DNA from: Phoronis australis
Taxonomy: Eukaryota; Animalia; Phoronida
Length of the DNA: 64,000 nucleotides
Reading direction: 5' to 3'
NCBI GenBank assembly: GCA_002633005.1
Contig: NMRA01000263.1
Location: 265,389-329,388 of the forward strand
Numbering within the stretch: the first letter of the stretch is position 1; every line of letters starts with the position of its first letter. Made by a program: the position numbers and the translations under genes. The notes under the pieces were generated by a model that was not told the origin of the DNA, ran no database searches, and saw only the letters and a program-made list of their open reading frames with translations. Positions 40,989 through 52,979 of the stretch are shown piece by piece.

Positions 40989-41580
40989 AAAAATGCCGCC
41001 CTAATGACACCTGATTCCTGCGTTATGGCACTCAACTGTCGCCATGTTTGTAAAGACGTTTTCTAAATTTGAGAATGTAAAGGAAAGCGTAGCTTTAAAC
41101 TGGAACAGGCACAACAATGAACCAGACGAATAAAAGCCGAAAATTTTGTGGAGAAGGTTTCCTGTTTTTTTCCAAAAAAATCTGTAGTTTGGGCAAGAGC
41201 AGCTACATGAACTGTACAAAGTTTTCCCATAACCAAAATGAGGAAGTCACCGTCATCATACAAACTTCCGCAATTCTATAACGACTAGGGGACACAACTC
41301 TGGTTCAATTGTATAACGACAAGGGACACAACTCTGGTTGCAGAAACATGGATACACAAGTATACTTTTCTAGCGTTATAAAAAGAAGTTGCTGCCTTTT
41401 TTGTTTCCAGACAGCTCGCATCGTCAGACCCAGAAAACTGATTCCAGAGGCTTGTGTAAACTGGAACGATACGTTACAGGATTTAAAACAGCATGGCCGC
41501 TATCATATTTACTCGATGACGAAGCAGGAGGCGTTTTTATACCCTATCAGATCGTTGCTACACCAGTAGAACACATGATA

Positions 41581-42887
41581 CGGTAAAGTCCCGCGATTTT
41601 CAGACTGCCCGGCATTTTTTGCACACGAATAAATATTTCCGAAATGAGTTTTTCATAGCCCACGAAATTCGCACAAGGTCTAAAAACTGTTTTTCAATGG
41701 TCATCGAATTTCGGACAATGTCATAATCATCGGATTTTTGTCCCGCGACTTTCGGACAAGGAAAATTTTAGAAACGCTAATTTGGGATCGAAGCAACTCT
41801 CGCGCCACTAAAGCGTTCAACGGATGATTACTACTCTGTAAGGCTTGAATGCAAGAATCGGTATAACGTGCTTTGTAATTTTTGCCTTGTCTTGACGATG
41901 TCACGGCCGTTACTCGATTGTCTTGGGTTTAGCTTGTAGTTTGGCTCTTTATCTATGAAAAGAATCACCGAGAATGTCCCGCATGGCGAAAATTTCTGAT
42001 GAAAATACAAATGGGAAATATACATTTCGTTGTAGTGTAACATGTGCTCTGGTTTAGTTAGATCGTGCTGTTCAACTTTTGAACTTGCACGCCTGACATC
42101 AACTTGCGTGTTTAGAAAACGTTTTTATTTTTAAAAACGTCCTGGCCTTTGCAATGCCCTTGTCAGTGGCTAAAATCTCCCGACGACGTGTCCCGATTTT
42201 ATCCTTGACGCGATGAGAAATATTTTTGTTTAGGGCCTCCATACACAATACGTACAGCAGCAGCCGAATGACTAGAGACGGAGCCAAAGTAAAGCTGGTT
42301 CCAAAGCAAACATAATTAAGTCGCACACCACGTGAGCCCGACGGAAGCTGCGTCGTGCACGGGAGGTTTTATGCTTCTTCCTCTTCAGTCGATTAACTAT
42401 CGTCCGACAATAAGTTTTGCTGCCACTTACCTGCATCCCGGCGAATGATTGAAATCTTCGTTCAGCCGTTCTGGGAAGGAGTCACCACTGACTTCATAAA
42501 ACATTCAGTGCTTCTGACAACGCAATTTTTGGGTTGGAACGAAATTTTTTCATTAAAAATCTGTATGCAGTTCAAACGTCTTTCGTTTTTCAGTGTCGCA
42601 CATTTCTTATTGAGAAAGCCAGTTTTTCAAAAATTAATCGCGCAGACCGTTTGAGTCTCATTGACCTGCAATTAAACTGTTATCAAATGACCGAGCCAGC
42701 AATGTTGATACTACGACCGCTCATCGAAATAATGTACACCCACGAAATTCGGACATGGGTGGAAACCCAAATTTGGAGGTCCACCAAATTCGGACACCAC
42801 AAAAATGATGTTTCGCGAGATTCTTCCAAAAATTATTTTTTTCTATTGGAATTAATCTGAGTGTCCGAAAATCTCGCGACTTTACCG
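41581..42887. mobile_element. Non-autonomous Tc1/mariner (pogo/Tigger-like) DNA transposon
   Basis: TIRs CGGTAAAGTCCCGCGATTTTCAGAC / GTCCGAAAATCTCGCGACTTTACCG, flanked by TA on both sides. The TIR motif (A/T)TTCGGACA recurs internally. No transposase ORF. Confidence 0.8.
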
Positions 42888-43266
42888 TAGTCAGGAACAG
42901 AAAGAGAGATATTCTCAGTTTGTCAGTATAGTATATAGAATTTTGTGGGTGAAGAGATACAACTCTTAAAGGACAGCGCCATGACGAGTTATGTGAAACG
43001 TCAACAAATGGAATTTCAGCCCTCTAGTAGATTTCAGGATTGAAGCGTGCGACACAGTCCTCGCCGATAGGATAACACACAAGTGAGACTGAGACAACCC
43101 AGAATAACGTCATTCAGAACCAAAACCAAGAAGTATCACCTCAACCATTTGGACCCCATTATATAATTCAATGTCACAAAGTCGCAAATTCAAGTAAGTT
43201 TGCCCAACTCGGCCTTGTTCTAACTACGCTACTCACGTGCTTGTCGAGCGCCTAATTGAGCTTATA

Positions 43267-43447
43267 CATGCGAGCACCCGGCCTTTAATATGGGGGGCTC
43301 GAATTTCCGACGATCTGGACGTTTTACCAACAAAAAGCTGAAGAACTAAAAAAACGGGGTACCACGTCCAGAGCTGTGAATTGTGCGTTTGTGCCATTTT
43401 AGTGGTCTTTTTGTCTTGTTTTCTCAGACTTTTTGTTTCTCTGAGGG
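43267..43447 (-). mobile_element. MITE, CATGCGCGCACCC-TIR family, cut by an assembly gap
   Basis: Reverse complement of the 15144 copy up to the N-run. Confidence 0.7.
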
Positions 43448-45723
43448 NNNNNNNNNNNNNNNNNNNNNNNNNNNNNNNNNNNNNNNNNNNNNNNNNNNNN
43501 NNNNNNNNNNNNNNNNNNNNNNNNNNNNNNNNNNNNNNNNNNNNNNNNNNNNNNNNNNNNNNNNNNNNNNNNNNNNNNNNNNNNNNNNNNNNNNNNNNNN
43601 NNNNNNNNNNNNNNNNNNNNNNNNNNNNNNNNNNNNNNNNNNNNNNNNNNNNNNNNNNNNNNNNNNNNNNNNNNNNNNNNNNNNNNNNNNNNNNNNNNNN
43701 NNNNNNNNNNNNNNNNNNNNNNNNNNNNNNNNNNNNNNNNNNNNNNNNNNNNNNNNNNNNNNNNNNNNNNNNNNNNNNNNNNNNNNNNNNNNNNNNNNNN
43801 NNNNNNNNNNNNNNNNNNNNNNNNNNNNNNNNNNNNNNNNNNNNNNNNNNNNNNNNNNNNNNNNNNNNNNNNNNNNNNNNNNNNNNNNNNNNNNNNNNNN
43901 NNNNNNNNNNNNNNNNNNNNNNNNNNNNNNNNNNNNNNNNNNNNNNNNNNNNNNNNNNNNNNNNNNNNNNNNNNNNNNNNNNNNNNNNNNNNNNNNNNNN
44001 NNNNNNNNNNNNNNNNNNNNNNNNNNNNNNNNNNNNNNNNNNNNNNNNNNNNNNNNNNNNNNNNNNNNNNNNNNNNNNNNNNNNNNNNNNNNNNNNNNNN
44101 NNNNNNNNNNNNNNNNNNNNNNNNNNNNNNNNNNNNNNNNNNNNNNNNNNNNNNNNNNNNNNNNNNNNNNNNNNNNNNNNNNNNNNNNNNNNNNNNNNNN
44201 NNNNNNNNNNNNNNNNNNNNNNNNNNNNNNNNNNNNNNNNNNNNNNTATTAGCCAGGATTTTGCCCGTCAGAATTTCGCGCTCCTGAACTACCAAATGGA
44301 ATCTGGGAGAATTTTAGGGGGGGGGTTGGGGGCATAGCACCTTGGCTCCCCTCTATATCCGCCAATGTGTTCTGTCCAGTTAACTGAAATTGAGCTCTAA
44401 AACGAGGTTATGCTTTGGACGAAAGAATTATACAGGTGTTTAAATTTTAAAATTTAGCTTGGTCGAGATTGATATTTGAAAAATATAACACATGAAATAG
44501 ACGTAATTATTAAAACCAAGAAAGCAGAATTGATGGTCCTATAATTTTTATTTTCAATTGCGAGCCTAGTTTTTTACCGTAATCAAAATGTATATTTAAT
44601 AACATCAAGTATTATTTCAGATCAATGACAAATCAACCGTTAGTCCCGGTAGTGCTTACCTCACCAGGACCTAGGCTATGCTTGAAGCTAATAGGCATAT
44701 TCTTGATCAACAATTTAAACCAAATGAGACTAATTGCGCATGACAGCAAAATGCTATGAGCCACCACTGTCGAATATATCTTCAACTTGTCAACAATACG
44801 ACCAGATGACCTGGTTTGTGTAGAAAGCATTTTTATCAAGAATTTATTAGAAGAAACGTAACCCTGCATTCAGCATGATACTTAATCGGTAACACTTCGA
44901 TCGCCGCAATTTGGTCATGTTTACTTTTCATGTTTCGAACCTAGTTTTCCGGAAAAAACCTGTATCCTTTCGTCAGAGAACTCTTTGATGCATTGACTTG
45001 TTCTTTAACTGTATTTTTCTACGTCTCTGTGGTTAATTTTTGACACATTTTTTAAGTTTTAATATTCAGGTTCTACTCCAAAGACCGGCCTCTTTACTCA
45101 CGCAATGTAAATTTCCGCTTTGTTTATCGCAGTGAGCCTCGCTCTTTTATAGAATAATACATTATCATTATCTAATTTTACAATAAGATAATAGGTAAAC
45201 CCGATATCAAATGCTAAAAGAAGGTGCAGATTCTAAAATACCGACTATTTGTATGTAAAATATTGTTATAGTCTCACAGAATGTAAAGTTAAGTTTGTCT
45301 TCAGTTTTACTCGTTGCAACCACTAGAGTATTTCTGGCAAACAAAACCGTGTGTTTTGGCACGAGCGACACTGAAGTGTTAATTCTATCAAATCAGATTA
45401 CTGATTTAAACCGCACTTTTGTGGGATATGGCATATCGAAACATGTCGAATCTGCAACCAAAATTTTATCTATACAAGAGTAATGATATTACTAACTTTA
45501 TCATCGCATTATTAAGGTATCACGAGCGGATAATGGCATACCTACAAAGCTTGACACTGAAGTTGAATTTTACCAGTGGATATATATATATATAGCTGGT
45601 TCGTGAGACACGTAGTTGTCGAGTACAATTTGAGAGAGCTCGAGTATCAAAATTTGCTTGACTCGTGGCGGTTACGTTATTTCAATTCTGGAGTTCTAAC
45701 ATTCTGGTTCCATTATTTTAAGA

Positions 45724-46287
45724 ATGATGGCACGAGAAAAGGGAATCGACCACAGAGAAATAATTGTGGCTGGAGCAACTCACATCCTTCTGGGATTTGT
45801 TACAATCTGCCTTGGACTGTCCAATCTGGGATTTACTTGTGGTCTGGACTTCGCCAATAATGGGATATGGAGCGGCAGTTGTTACGTCGTGGCCGGGTTA
45901 TTGTGCGGAGTTATTTGGCTGTACCAAAACAATTGGAATAAGGCGTTTATTGTGTTTTTAGCAGTTTTGACGGCGGGTGTGTCTTACGCTATGTTTGTTA
46001 TCAATGTCATAGCTGTCTACATTGCGTTTGCTGGTGACGTGGAGACGTGCGTTGACTATCAACAAGTTATGAACTTGGTCATCTCGGCGGTACCACTAGT
46101 TCTGTTCTCGTACTGGGCAGCAAACTGTTGTTACGTCATGGCTTATGGACGGGGAATAAGAAGTTCAAGAGACAGACAACAGACGGTAGCACGAACTTCA
46201 CTCTGTTTGAAAGTCTACAACTCAATCGCACGTCGAGAATCACCAGACATGCTGACCGACCAAGGCGAATTCGACTTTATCTACTAA
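45724..46287 (+). CDS. Four-transmembrane CD20/MS4A-like membrane protein (187 aa), single coding exon
   Basis: Open 564-nt frame with four hydrophobic segments: IIVAGATHILLGFVTICLGL, GIWSGSCYVVAGLLCGVIWL, AFIVFLAVLTAGVSYAMFVINVIAVYIAF and VMNLVISAVPLVLFSYWAA. The GIWxGxxxxxAG motif in TM2 and the CC after TM4 are typical of the CD20 family. A splice acceptor (cattattttaag|A ATG) lies directly before the start. Confidence 0.8.
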   Translation: MMAREKGIDHREIIVAGATHILLGFVTICLGLSNLGFTCGLDFANNGIWSGSCYVVAGLLCGVIWLYQNNWNKAFIVFLAVLTAGVSYAMFVINVIAVYIAFAGDVETCVDYQQVMNLVISAVPLVLFSYWAANCCYVMAYGRGIRSSRDRQQTVARTSLCLKVYNSIARRESPDMLTDQGEFDFIY

Positions 46288-48221
46288 ACTTTTTATTTTT
46301 CATTCATCTAAAAAATGTTTTTCTGATACCTCAAAACTAAATCATTGTAGGCCTATATGATCAAGACGAGCATGGAGTGTTTGTTGTGCACACACATTAT
46401 CATGTTTTTAATGACGTCCCCTGGGTGCCTCAAAATATGCAGGTTGCGACAATGTATGCCACTACAGTGTTTTCAAGTTTATTACACGCGCAACAATACG
46501 TTCTTATGGTGAATCATGTTTTGAAATGGCAATGACAAAAGTTGGATGAAGACTTACATTGATGTTATTGAGCAATACTCCACTAAGAAATCTCACTGCA
46601 GTTTACAAAATAAGTGGAACTCAGTTGTAGTTATTTTGGAAATATATTGTAAAAAAAAACAATGCATTCTGTAACAGATTGATTACAAATGCAGAAATTT
46701 GATCAAACCCCAAAGAAATAATCAGACATGTAGGAAAGTGAAATTGTTAGGCGAAGAGAGCGCCCCCTTCTGTCTAGGTTAAAGTCACGTTTTCCGTCGC
46801 TATATACCTGTCACTGAATTATTAACAATGTTGCATTCGGACTCATCTTGAATTCTTGCGGTCTGTGCCGGCAACACAAGTCATAGGGAGGCTATGTACA
46901 TGCACTATTTTCAAATTCGCAATTTCAGGGTTAGCCAACCAAATAAACTCTAAAATGTTTTCTTGAGTCATTGATGATTTTTGACGTTTTTGTTAAAAAT
47001 AATAGAATCTTATCACGGTAGAGGAATACTACGAGATCAGTTTTAGGAAAGATGCAAAAACCTAATCTGATGTTTTTTGTTTTTTTGCCTGCTGAACTGG
47101 GCGAAATCAGTTTTATATGAATGGTTCTGTCGGCAAACTGAAAACGTAAAGTTAAAATATTGTATATGCCTAATTTGTCTGGTGGTCGGCCGCGCTGCAG
47201 AATGCCAAATATCGACGTATTAAAGCAACGAATCACTAGTTTAGAGTAAAGAATCTGATCGTAGAAGTAATGCAACAAACCGGCAGAATTAAGATAAAGT
47301 GAAACAAACTATGGACGGAACTTCGTTTTGACGGTACTGCTCCATGATAGTTGTTCTTGCACTGGCAGATCTAGGATATCATAAGGGGGAACCAACATTT
47401 TGTCTCGGGCAACTGTACTTTACGATTCCATGCAAGCACCCAGCTTAAAAGATAGGGGTGCTCGAATTTCTGGACCTTGCTGGTTGGCTAGGTACCCGGC
47501 ACCGTACCGGCATGTGTGACAGTCTTGCGCCAACCTGACAGAGCTAGTGCCGGCATAAGTGATAGACTTGTGGCCACAAGCGATTCTATTCCGACCAGAT
47601 GCTATCGAAAACAACCGAAACGTTCCTGACCACATCAATAAAGTAGGCCATGTACAATGTCCCGAAAGGAAAATATTCCGAAATGTGAACTGGAAACTAA
47701 TGATGTTTTGCGTATTCTAGACCGGAACTCCAAAGTTTCTTTTGCAGGCACAGAAGATGGAAAATGTTACAAAAGTATTGAATCTATTCTAATTGCTGAG
47801 AAACGACAAATGTTTTTATTCAACCTGCACAGCTGACTCTCACAACTCACAGGGTAATCATTTCTCCTTCAACTACTACATTCGCACGGTACACACTTTC
47901 TGCTGCGAATACAACATCTTTAATTGATCCCTCCGTCTTGGTTAATCCATATTCGTTATTTATGCTCTAAAACTGCACAGGTGCAAAAAACTCGAACATT
48001 TTTGTTCTCTGCATTTAGAGTCGACTGCGGTACTTTTTCTCTCTACTACTGCGCGGCGTTGTAATTTTGGATTCTCGCAGTAGTGTTCTACGTATGAAAC
48101 AAGAAAAATATCAATAAAGTTCTCAAAAAAATCCTGGTACTCACATTTTTCAAGATTCTTGTGTTCATTTTTGAGACATACAAACAAAATAGAATATCTG
48201 ATGATGGTAAACGTGTTCCGG

Positions 48222-48680
48222 TTACCAGCCTGTCCCTGACCGTTTTGCTGTTCCAGTTACCAGCCTGTCCCTGAACGTTTTGCTGTTCCATTACCAGACT
48301 GTACCTGAACGTTTTACTGTTCCACTACCAACGAGTCCCTAAACGTTTTGTTATTCCATTACTATCCTACCCCTGAACGGTTTGTTGTTCCATTACCAAC
48401 CTGTCCCTGAACGTTTTGTTGTTCAATTACCAGCCTATCCCTGAACGTTTTGTTGTTCCATTACCAACCTGTCCCTGAACGTTTTGTTGTTCCATTACCA
48501 ACCTGTCCCTGAACGTTTTGTTGTTCCATTACCATCCTGTCCCTGAATGTTTTGTTCTAGTTACCAGCCCGTCCCAGAACGTTTTGCTGTTCCATTACCA
48601 ACCCGTCCCTGAACGTTTTGTTCTAGTTACCAACCTGCCCCTGAACGGTTTGCTGTTCCATTACCAACCTGCCGGGAACG
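48222..48680. repeat. Minisatellite, 34-bp unit TTACCAACCTGTCCCTGAACGTTTTGTTGTTCCA x ~13
   Basis: Read directly; it lies between the two convergent genes. Confidence 0.95.
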
Positions 48681-49158
48681 TTGTTTATCCGAGAGACATG
48701 TTCCACACGCACTCTACAGGAGCACCCCGTAATGGTAATGGGAACAGGCAAACATGCACTGCCAGTCCCAGTCTGACATTAAGGACGATAGAGCATAATT
48801 ATATAAATCAATAAGGAAATCGTAACTCATACATTTAATGACCATTTGCACACTACAGATCAAGATTAAAGACATTTACACCATACTTTCTCAAATATAT
48901 CAAAAGGGAAAAACCGATGGTGAACTCGTAATTCAATAGGTGGCGTTAGTGTAACAAGACTCCTTACTCCTACTTGTAGAAATAATGATTTAGGATAATC
49001 ACACCTGACCTTTTTCTTCCTGAGAGCCATCTAGTGAGGAGCAAGTAACCCAGCTGGTTTACCACAATGCAAAAGCTCAAAGCTCATGAAATTTAAATGC
49101 TTATCTCAAGTAACTGTAACAGGAGTTTCCACTGGTTTAATGTAGTTTAAACACATGG

Positions 49159-49164
49159 TTTATT
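49159..49164 (-). terminator. Candidate polyadenylation signal (AATAAA) of the KIAA1191-like gene, implying a ~1.5 kb 3'UTR
   Basis: TTTATT on the + strand near the end of the CpG-depleted domain. The hexamer is common in AT-rich DNA. Confidence 0.3.
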
Positions 49165-50623
49165 TAAAAAATGGTGGGTAGCCAATTTAAAGACATTTCA
49201 TGCTGGACAGGGCAGAATTTATAACAACCATATTTACTAGTTAAGTACCCAGCAAGACTAGCTGTTGTCAAACAATTAAAACTTCATCAATAAGAACACA
49301 TTTCCCCACTGTGATTTTAATAGCATGTGTAGCAACTACAGAGGAAATCTAATGTAAAGAAAATTACACTGAGATTCTAGTCTGCACTGCGCAAAGTTTT
49401 TAACCTCAACTTAGAGCAAATAATTAGCTGTTCAAACACAAACGATTGTCTCATCTGAAACAGTTCACACAACAATAAAGATGTCTCACTACAGAGTGTT
49501 AGCTGTCATTGAATTGCACATATCAAGCAGGTTACATTTTATATTATGTATCAGCACAAAAGCCAAATTAACAACACAATGTGGTAAATTATTTATCTGT
49601 ATAACAAACAAAATGGCAAAAAAGTAGAATTTCAGTTTAATGAGTTTCTCAACAAATCTGTGAATGATTTCCCTTCTGTAGTAGCATGGAATTGTAGAAT
49701 ATCCACAAAGGATTGTGGGAAGTTGGCATACAAAGCAGAATGTAACCAACCAATGAAACCATGGAATGAACCTAGATCTATATTTTCAACCATGTTTCAA
49801 GCCCCTAAATCTCCAGCAACAAAAGGTCAAGGTCACAGTACAGCTGTCATAAAGCAGGTCTTTATAAAACACTGATGATTGAGATTATAGGTAGAAAGAG
49901 TCTGAAAAATCAAAAATGACAATTTCACCGATCACATTTTGTGAAGTATCTGAAGAAGTATCCAATGAACAGTCAGGACACAGAACACAGCTATGCTGTG
50001 TCAAAGGTCAAACTAACATCCACCTTATTGGGTGTTGTAATAGCACTTTCAAAAATGTGACTCAAGTCACCATGCACTATTAAGTAGTCTTAGTTTCAGC
50101 ACTGCACAACATGCCATGAACTCATCACAACAGAGGTCAACTCCACAAGTCTTTCTAAATACTTCTGACAGTTGACACCTGGTTATGACAGGTACACCAG
50201 TTCAAATAAATATCAAAGCTTGAAGTACTACAGTCTTCAAAAAAAGTTGATGATATTTTTTGATCCAAAATCTGTGAAATTTTCAAACTAGAATTTCTGG
50301 CCAACATCCAAATTATTATTTGCTGCCTGATTTCCTTCTTGCCTTTTTCCTTGACTTGATGATGTAAAATGATTTTTGACAAATATCAAAAACTTGTGTT
50401 TTGAAAACTCCTGCACTGTAAGACGAATGAGCAACTTTTACATCTACAACATATTCAGTGTCATGATTAAGTATCGGGTGGACACAAATGACAGTTGAAC
50501 ATGACTTACAGCTAAATCTCACTTTCCAAAAACGTTTGATAGCCAACTGTCCCCTCTTCATGTTTCAGTAGTAACACATTCCACCACAATTTCGACTAGT
50601 TGCACACACATACGTTTCCCCCA

Positions 50624-51192
50624 TCAAAGAGGTCCAGGAGCAAACACATTCAAATCTTTACTGCGGATGAATATCTTCTCTGGAAGTATCTTCTCACCCG
50701 ACATACCAGCGCCACCTGGCCTATCACTGGCTGGTGCAGCGCCATCTATTGAGTCAAAATTTCTACTCCTTGGACTGAAAAAATTAAAGAACCCGCCTCT
50801 GGGAGATGCTGAGGATGGACGGTTGTCTGAAACAGGTATTCGAGTATTTTTTAATTCTAAACTTTTTGAAACTAATCTTTCTGTGTCAACGCCAACACCA
50901 GATGTCAAACCTTTCGTAGCTAGAGTAGCACTAGCCCTGCGACTCACAGGTAGAGATTTAGACGACAGTGAAAACTGCTGCAACTCGTGCGCAGCTGACT
51001 GTTTATTCAGTGCTGATGTGTAGCCCTCCCCGTCAAGGTTTGAATGTTTCTTCACCATGTGGAATGGTGACTTTGGCGGGGACTGGGAGAGCAGAGATTG
51101 CTTGAAGGCTTCAGCAGAGATCTTCTTCTTGGGCTCCACTTGGTGATGGCTCGTGAACAGCATGGGGGATGACATAACGCGCCTCATGGGTC
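50624..51192 (-). CDS. KIAA1191: Terminal coding exon of the KIAA1191/p33MONOX-like protein (GPMRRVMSSP...SKDLNVFAPGPL*)
   Basis: The acceptor ctccctttacag|GA CCC ATG is phase-compatible with the upstream donor, and 232+569=801 nt = 266 aa + stop. The protein is Ser/Pro/Lys-rich. The segments LDGEGYTS, FFSPRSRNFDS and C-terminal KDLNVFAPGPL resemble, as I recall them, human p33MONOX LRDAGYTP, LFGPRSLQKYDS and RDLNVLTPTGF. The CDS is solid; orthology is moderately supported. Confidence 0.75.
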
Positions 51193-52679
51193 CTGTAAAG
51201 GGAGCAACACAGTAAGGCTTCTAACTATGTTAATGTATAACAGGAACTAAATGACAATGCAATTTGAACATCATCTATGCTAAAGAAAGTGTAGTGTATT
51301 CATTGTCAATTCGTAAATGTGAAAACAAAATATTCCGCAAACAGGTGACCTTTGCACTAAAGACATACCCTGGGGGCTCACATAGCCCCCATCATGCAGT
51401 GTTATTCCCCAACACCACATCATGATATTTACTGAACACGGTTGAGTGATTTACAGCGGATCAATTTCGAAACAAATCTCGTTCTTATAAAAACATTTGG
51501 CTATTTTCAAACTACTTCATATTCACGTCTTCGCTTACCTATATGTTGTGTTTCTAACTAATTTGGCCAAGCAATCACAGAGATAAGGAATTAGCGTACA
51601 AGTTCCACTTTAAGTCAGAAATTTGGTTTTACACTCCACACAACTATCTCTGAAAATAATTTAAGCTCACAACAGCAAAAGTGTAGTCTGTAATATGAAC
51701 AAAAGTGCTAGATGCCGACATAATTTCTTTGAATTTCTTTCTATAGTTGGCTCAACATAGTTGACTTAACATTCAGCAATTGGAACAGAAACCCAAAATT
51801 GTGTATTTAGACAATTTGATTAAACTAACTACAGAGTTTATTGAAAATGCAAGACTCTTGGACATCGTCAGTGTTACAGAAGTAAAGACTCTTGGACATA
51901 GTGCAGTGTTACAAAAGAAAAACACTAAGTCAAGAATGTCAACCTGCATCAATAGTAATTCTAGAGGTAAGCCAGTATTATCCAGTAAATACTCAAGACA
52001 ATTTAGGACGCAAGATATCAGACAAAGGGAAGTTTACTTCAGTCGAAAATTTCTCAAAAATAAACAAAGAAACTTGACTACATCACTAGCACCATGTATA
52101 TGGCACTGTAATGTACAATAATGTATCATAATAATACAAACATTTTGCAAATTTTGAGCATTTATGAAAAAACTCTCAACATGAAAAACACTTTTAACCA
52201 GCAACATGTGCGTGAGCAGCTGAAAACCCAGAACACTCTGCATCTAAGCCAAATTGCCCTTGTTAAACAATCTAGTGTTTACATGTATTTCAATGGACAC
52301 TGGCCTTGATCTCACCAAATGTCTCACACAATAATACCATTTTGTAATGAAAATCACACAAACACAATGTATTTTGTTGTTTTAATAAATCAAGAGCCTG
52401 TTTATGAAAGAGTCCATTTCCTGAAAACGGGCTAAGACAAAACATTTCAAGAAACACAAAAACAAAAAATCAACTTGCAGTCAGATTTCTGACTTTAAAG
52501 TCAAAAGTACATGGGCTTAAGAAACTAGCCCCAAGTCGTAGTCAAAGCTAATAACTTCAAAAGTACATTCAATCCAACAATGCACTCTTTATCTGTAAAT
52601 GGCTCTTTAAAAAATGAAAACTACACAACTTTTGATTTTTGCAGGAAATAGAAGCTACCGTAACTCTATTTACGCCAGT

Positions 52680-52771
52680 GTCATACCTGTTTTAACGACA
52701 CCATCATTGTCATATTACCTGTTTTAACGACACCATCATTGTCATACCTGTTTTAACGACACCATCATTGT
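52680..52771. repeat. 29/32-bp tandem repeat x3 spanning an exon/intron junction
   Basis: TACCTGTTTTAACGACACCATCATTGT occurs three times. Confidence 0.95.
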
Positions 52772-52979
52772 TATTACTCTCTGTTGCTGCTAGTGCCACC
52801 TCTTCTGTTTCATTCACCTTCTGCAGCAGGTGGAACTGGCTGACACGTGTTGGCAGCACCAACGGTTCTGCAGGGACAGCTGGTGGTGAGTACGGTCGTG
52901 ATACACTATCAGAGAGCTCATAACGTTCAGGCTTGATGTTATGTACTCCTGACATGAACTTTGTAAATGGGTCAGCCAT
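52748..52979 (-). CDS. KIAA1191: Coding exon 1 of a 266-aa KIAA1191/p33MONOX-like protein (MADPFTKFMSG...VVKT/G)
   Basis: ATG at 52979 in AAGATGGCT context. The exon acceptor tttcccttcag| opens the exon at 53009 and the donor ACAG|GTATGA closes it after 52748. The 232 coding nt (phase 1) join the next exon in frame. Gene structure is well supported; the name comes from recalled motif similarity in the last exon only. Confidence 0.7.

Noticed and set aside
8198-44337. Long ORFs at 8198-8829, 32777-33447 and 43381-44337
   Set aside because: Artefacts of N-gaps translated as X.
21690-47050. Shared segment TTTCTTGAGTC.TTGAT...AATAGAAT at ~21765 and ~46960
   Set aside because: Probably fragments of an old dispersed repeat; ends and class could not be defined.
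29835-48680. Regular short repeats (23, 36, 63 and 34 bp) as CRISPR-like arrays
   Set aside because: Units are head-to-tail with no unique spacers, there are no cas genes, and the context is eukaryotic.
50667-51023. 118-aa plus-strand ORF
   Set aside because: Antisense shadow of the real minus-strand exon.
51598-52509. Possible TIR pair (ACTTTAAGTCAGAAAT / ATTTCTGACTTTAAAGT) in the last intron
   Set aside because: The match is short and imperfect with no clear TSD, so it is too weak to call.
52710-52747. ORF-track C-terminus GMTMMVSLKQVI*
   Set aside because: Read-through into the intron and duplicated donor region; the in-frame splice occurs at 52748.
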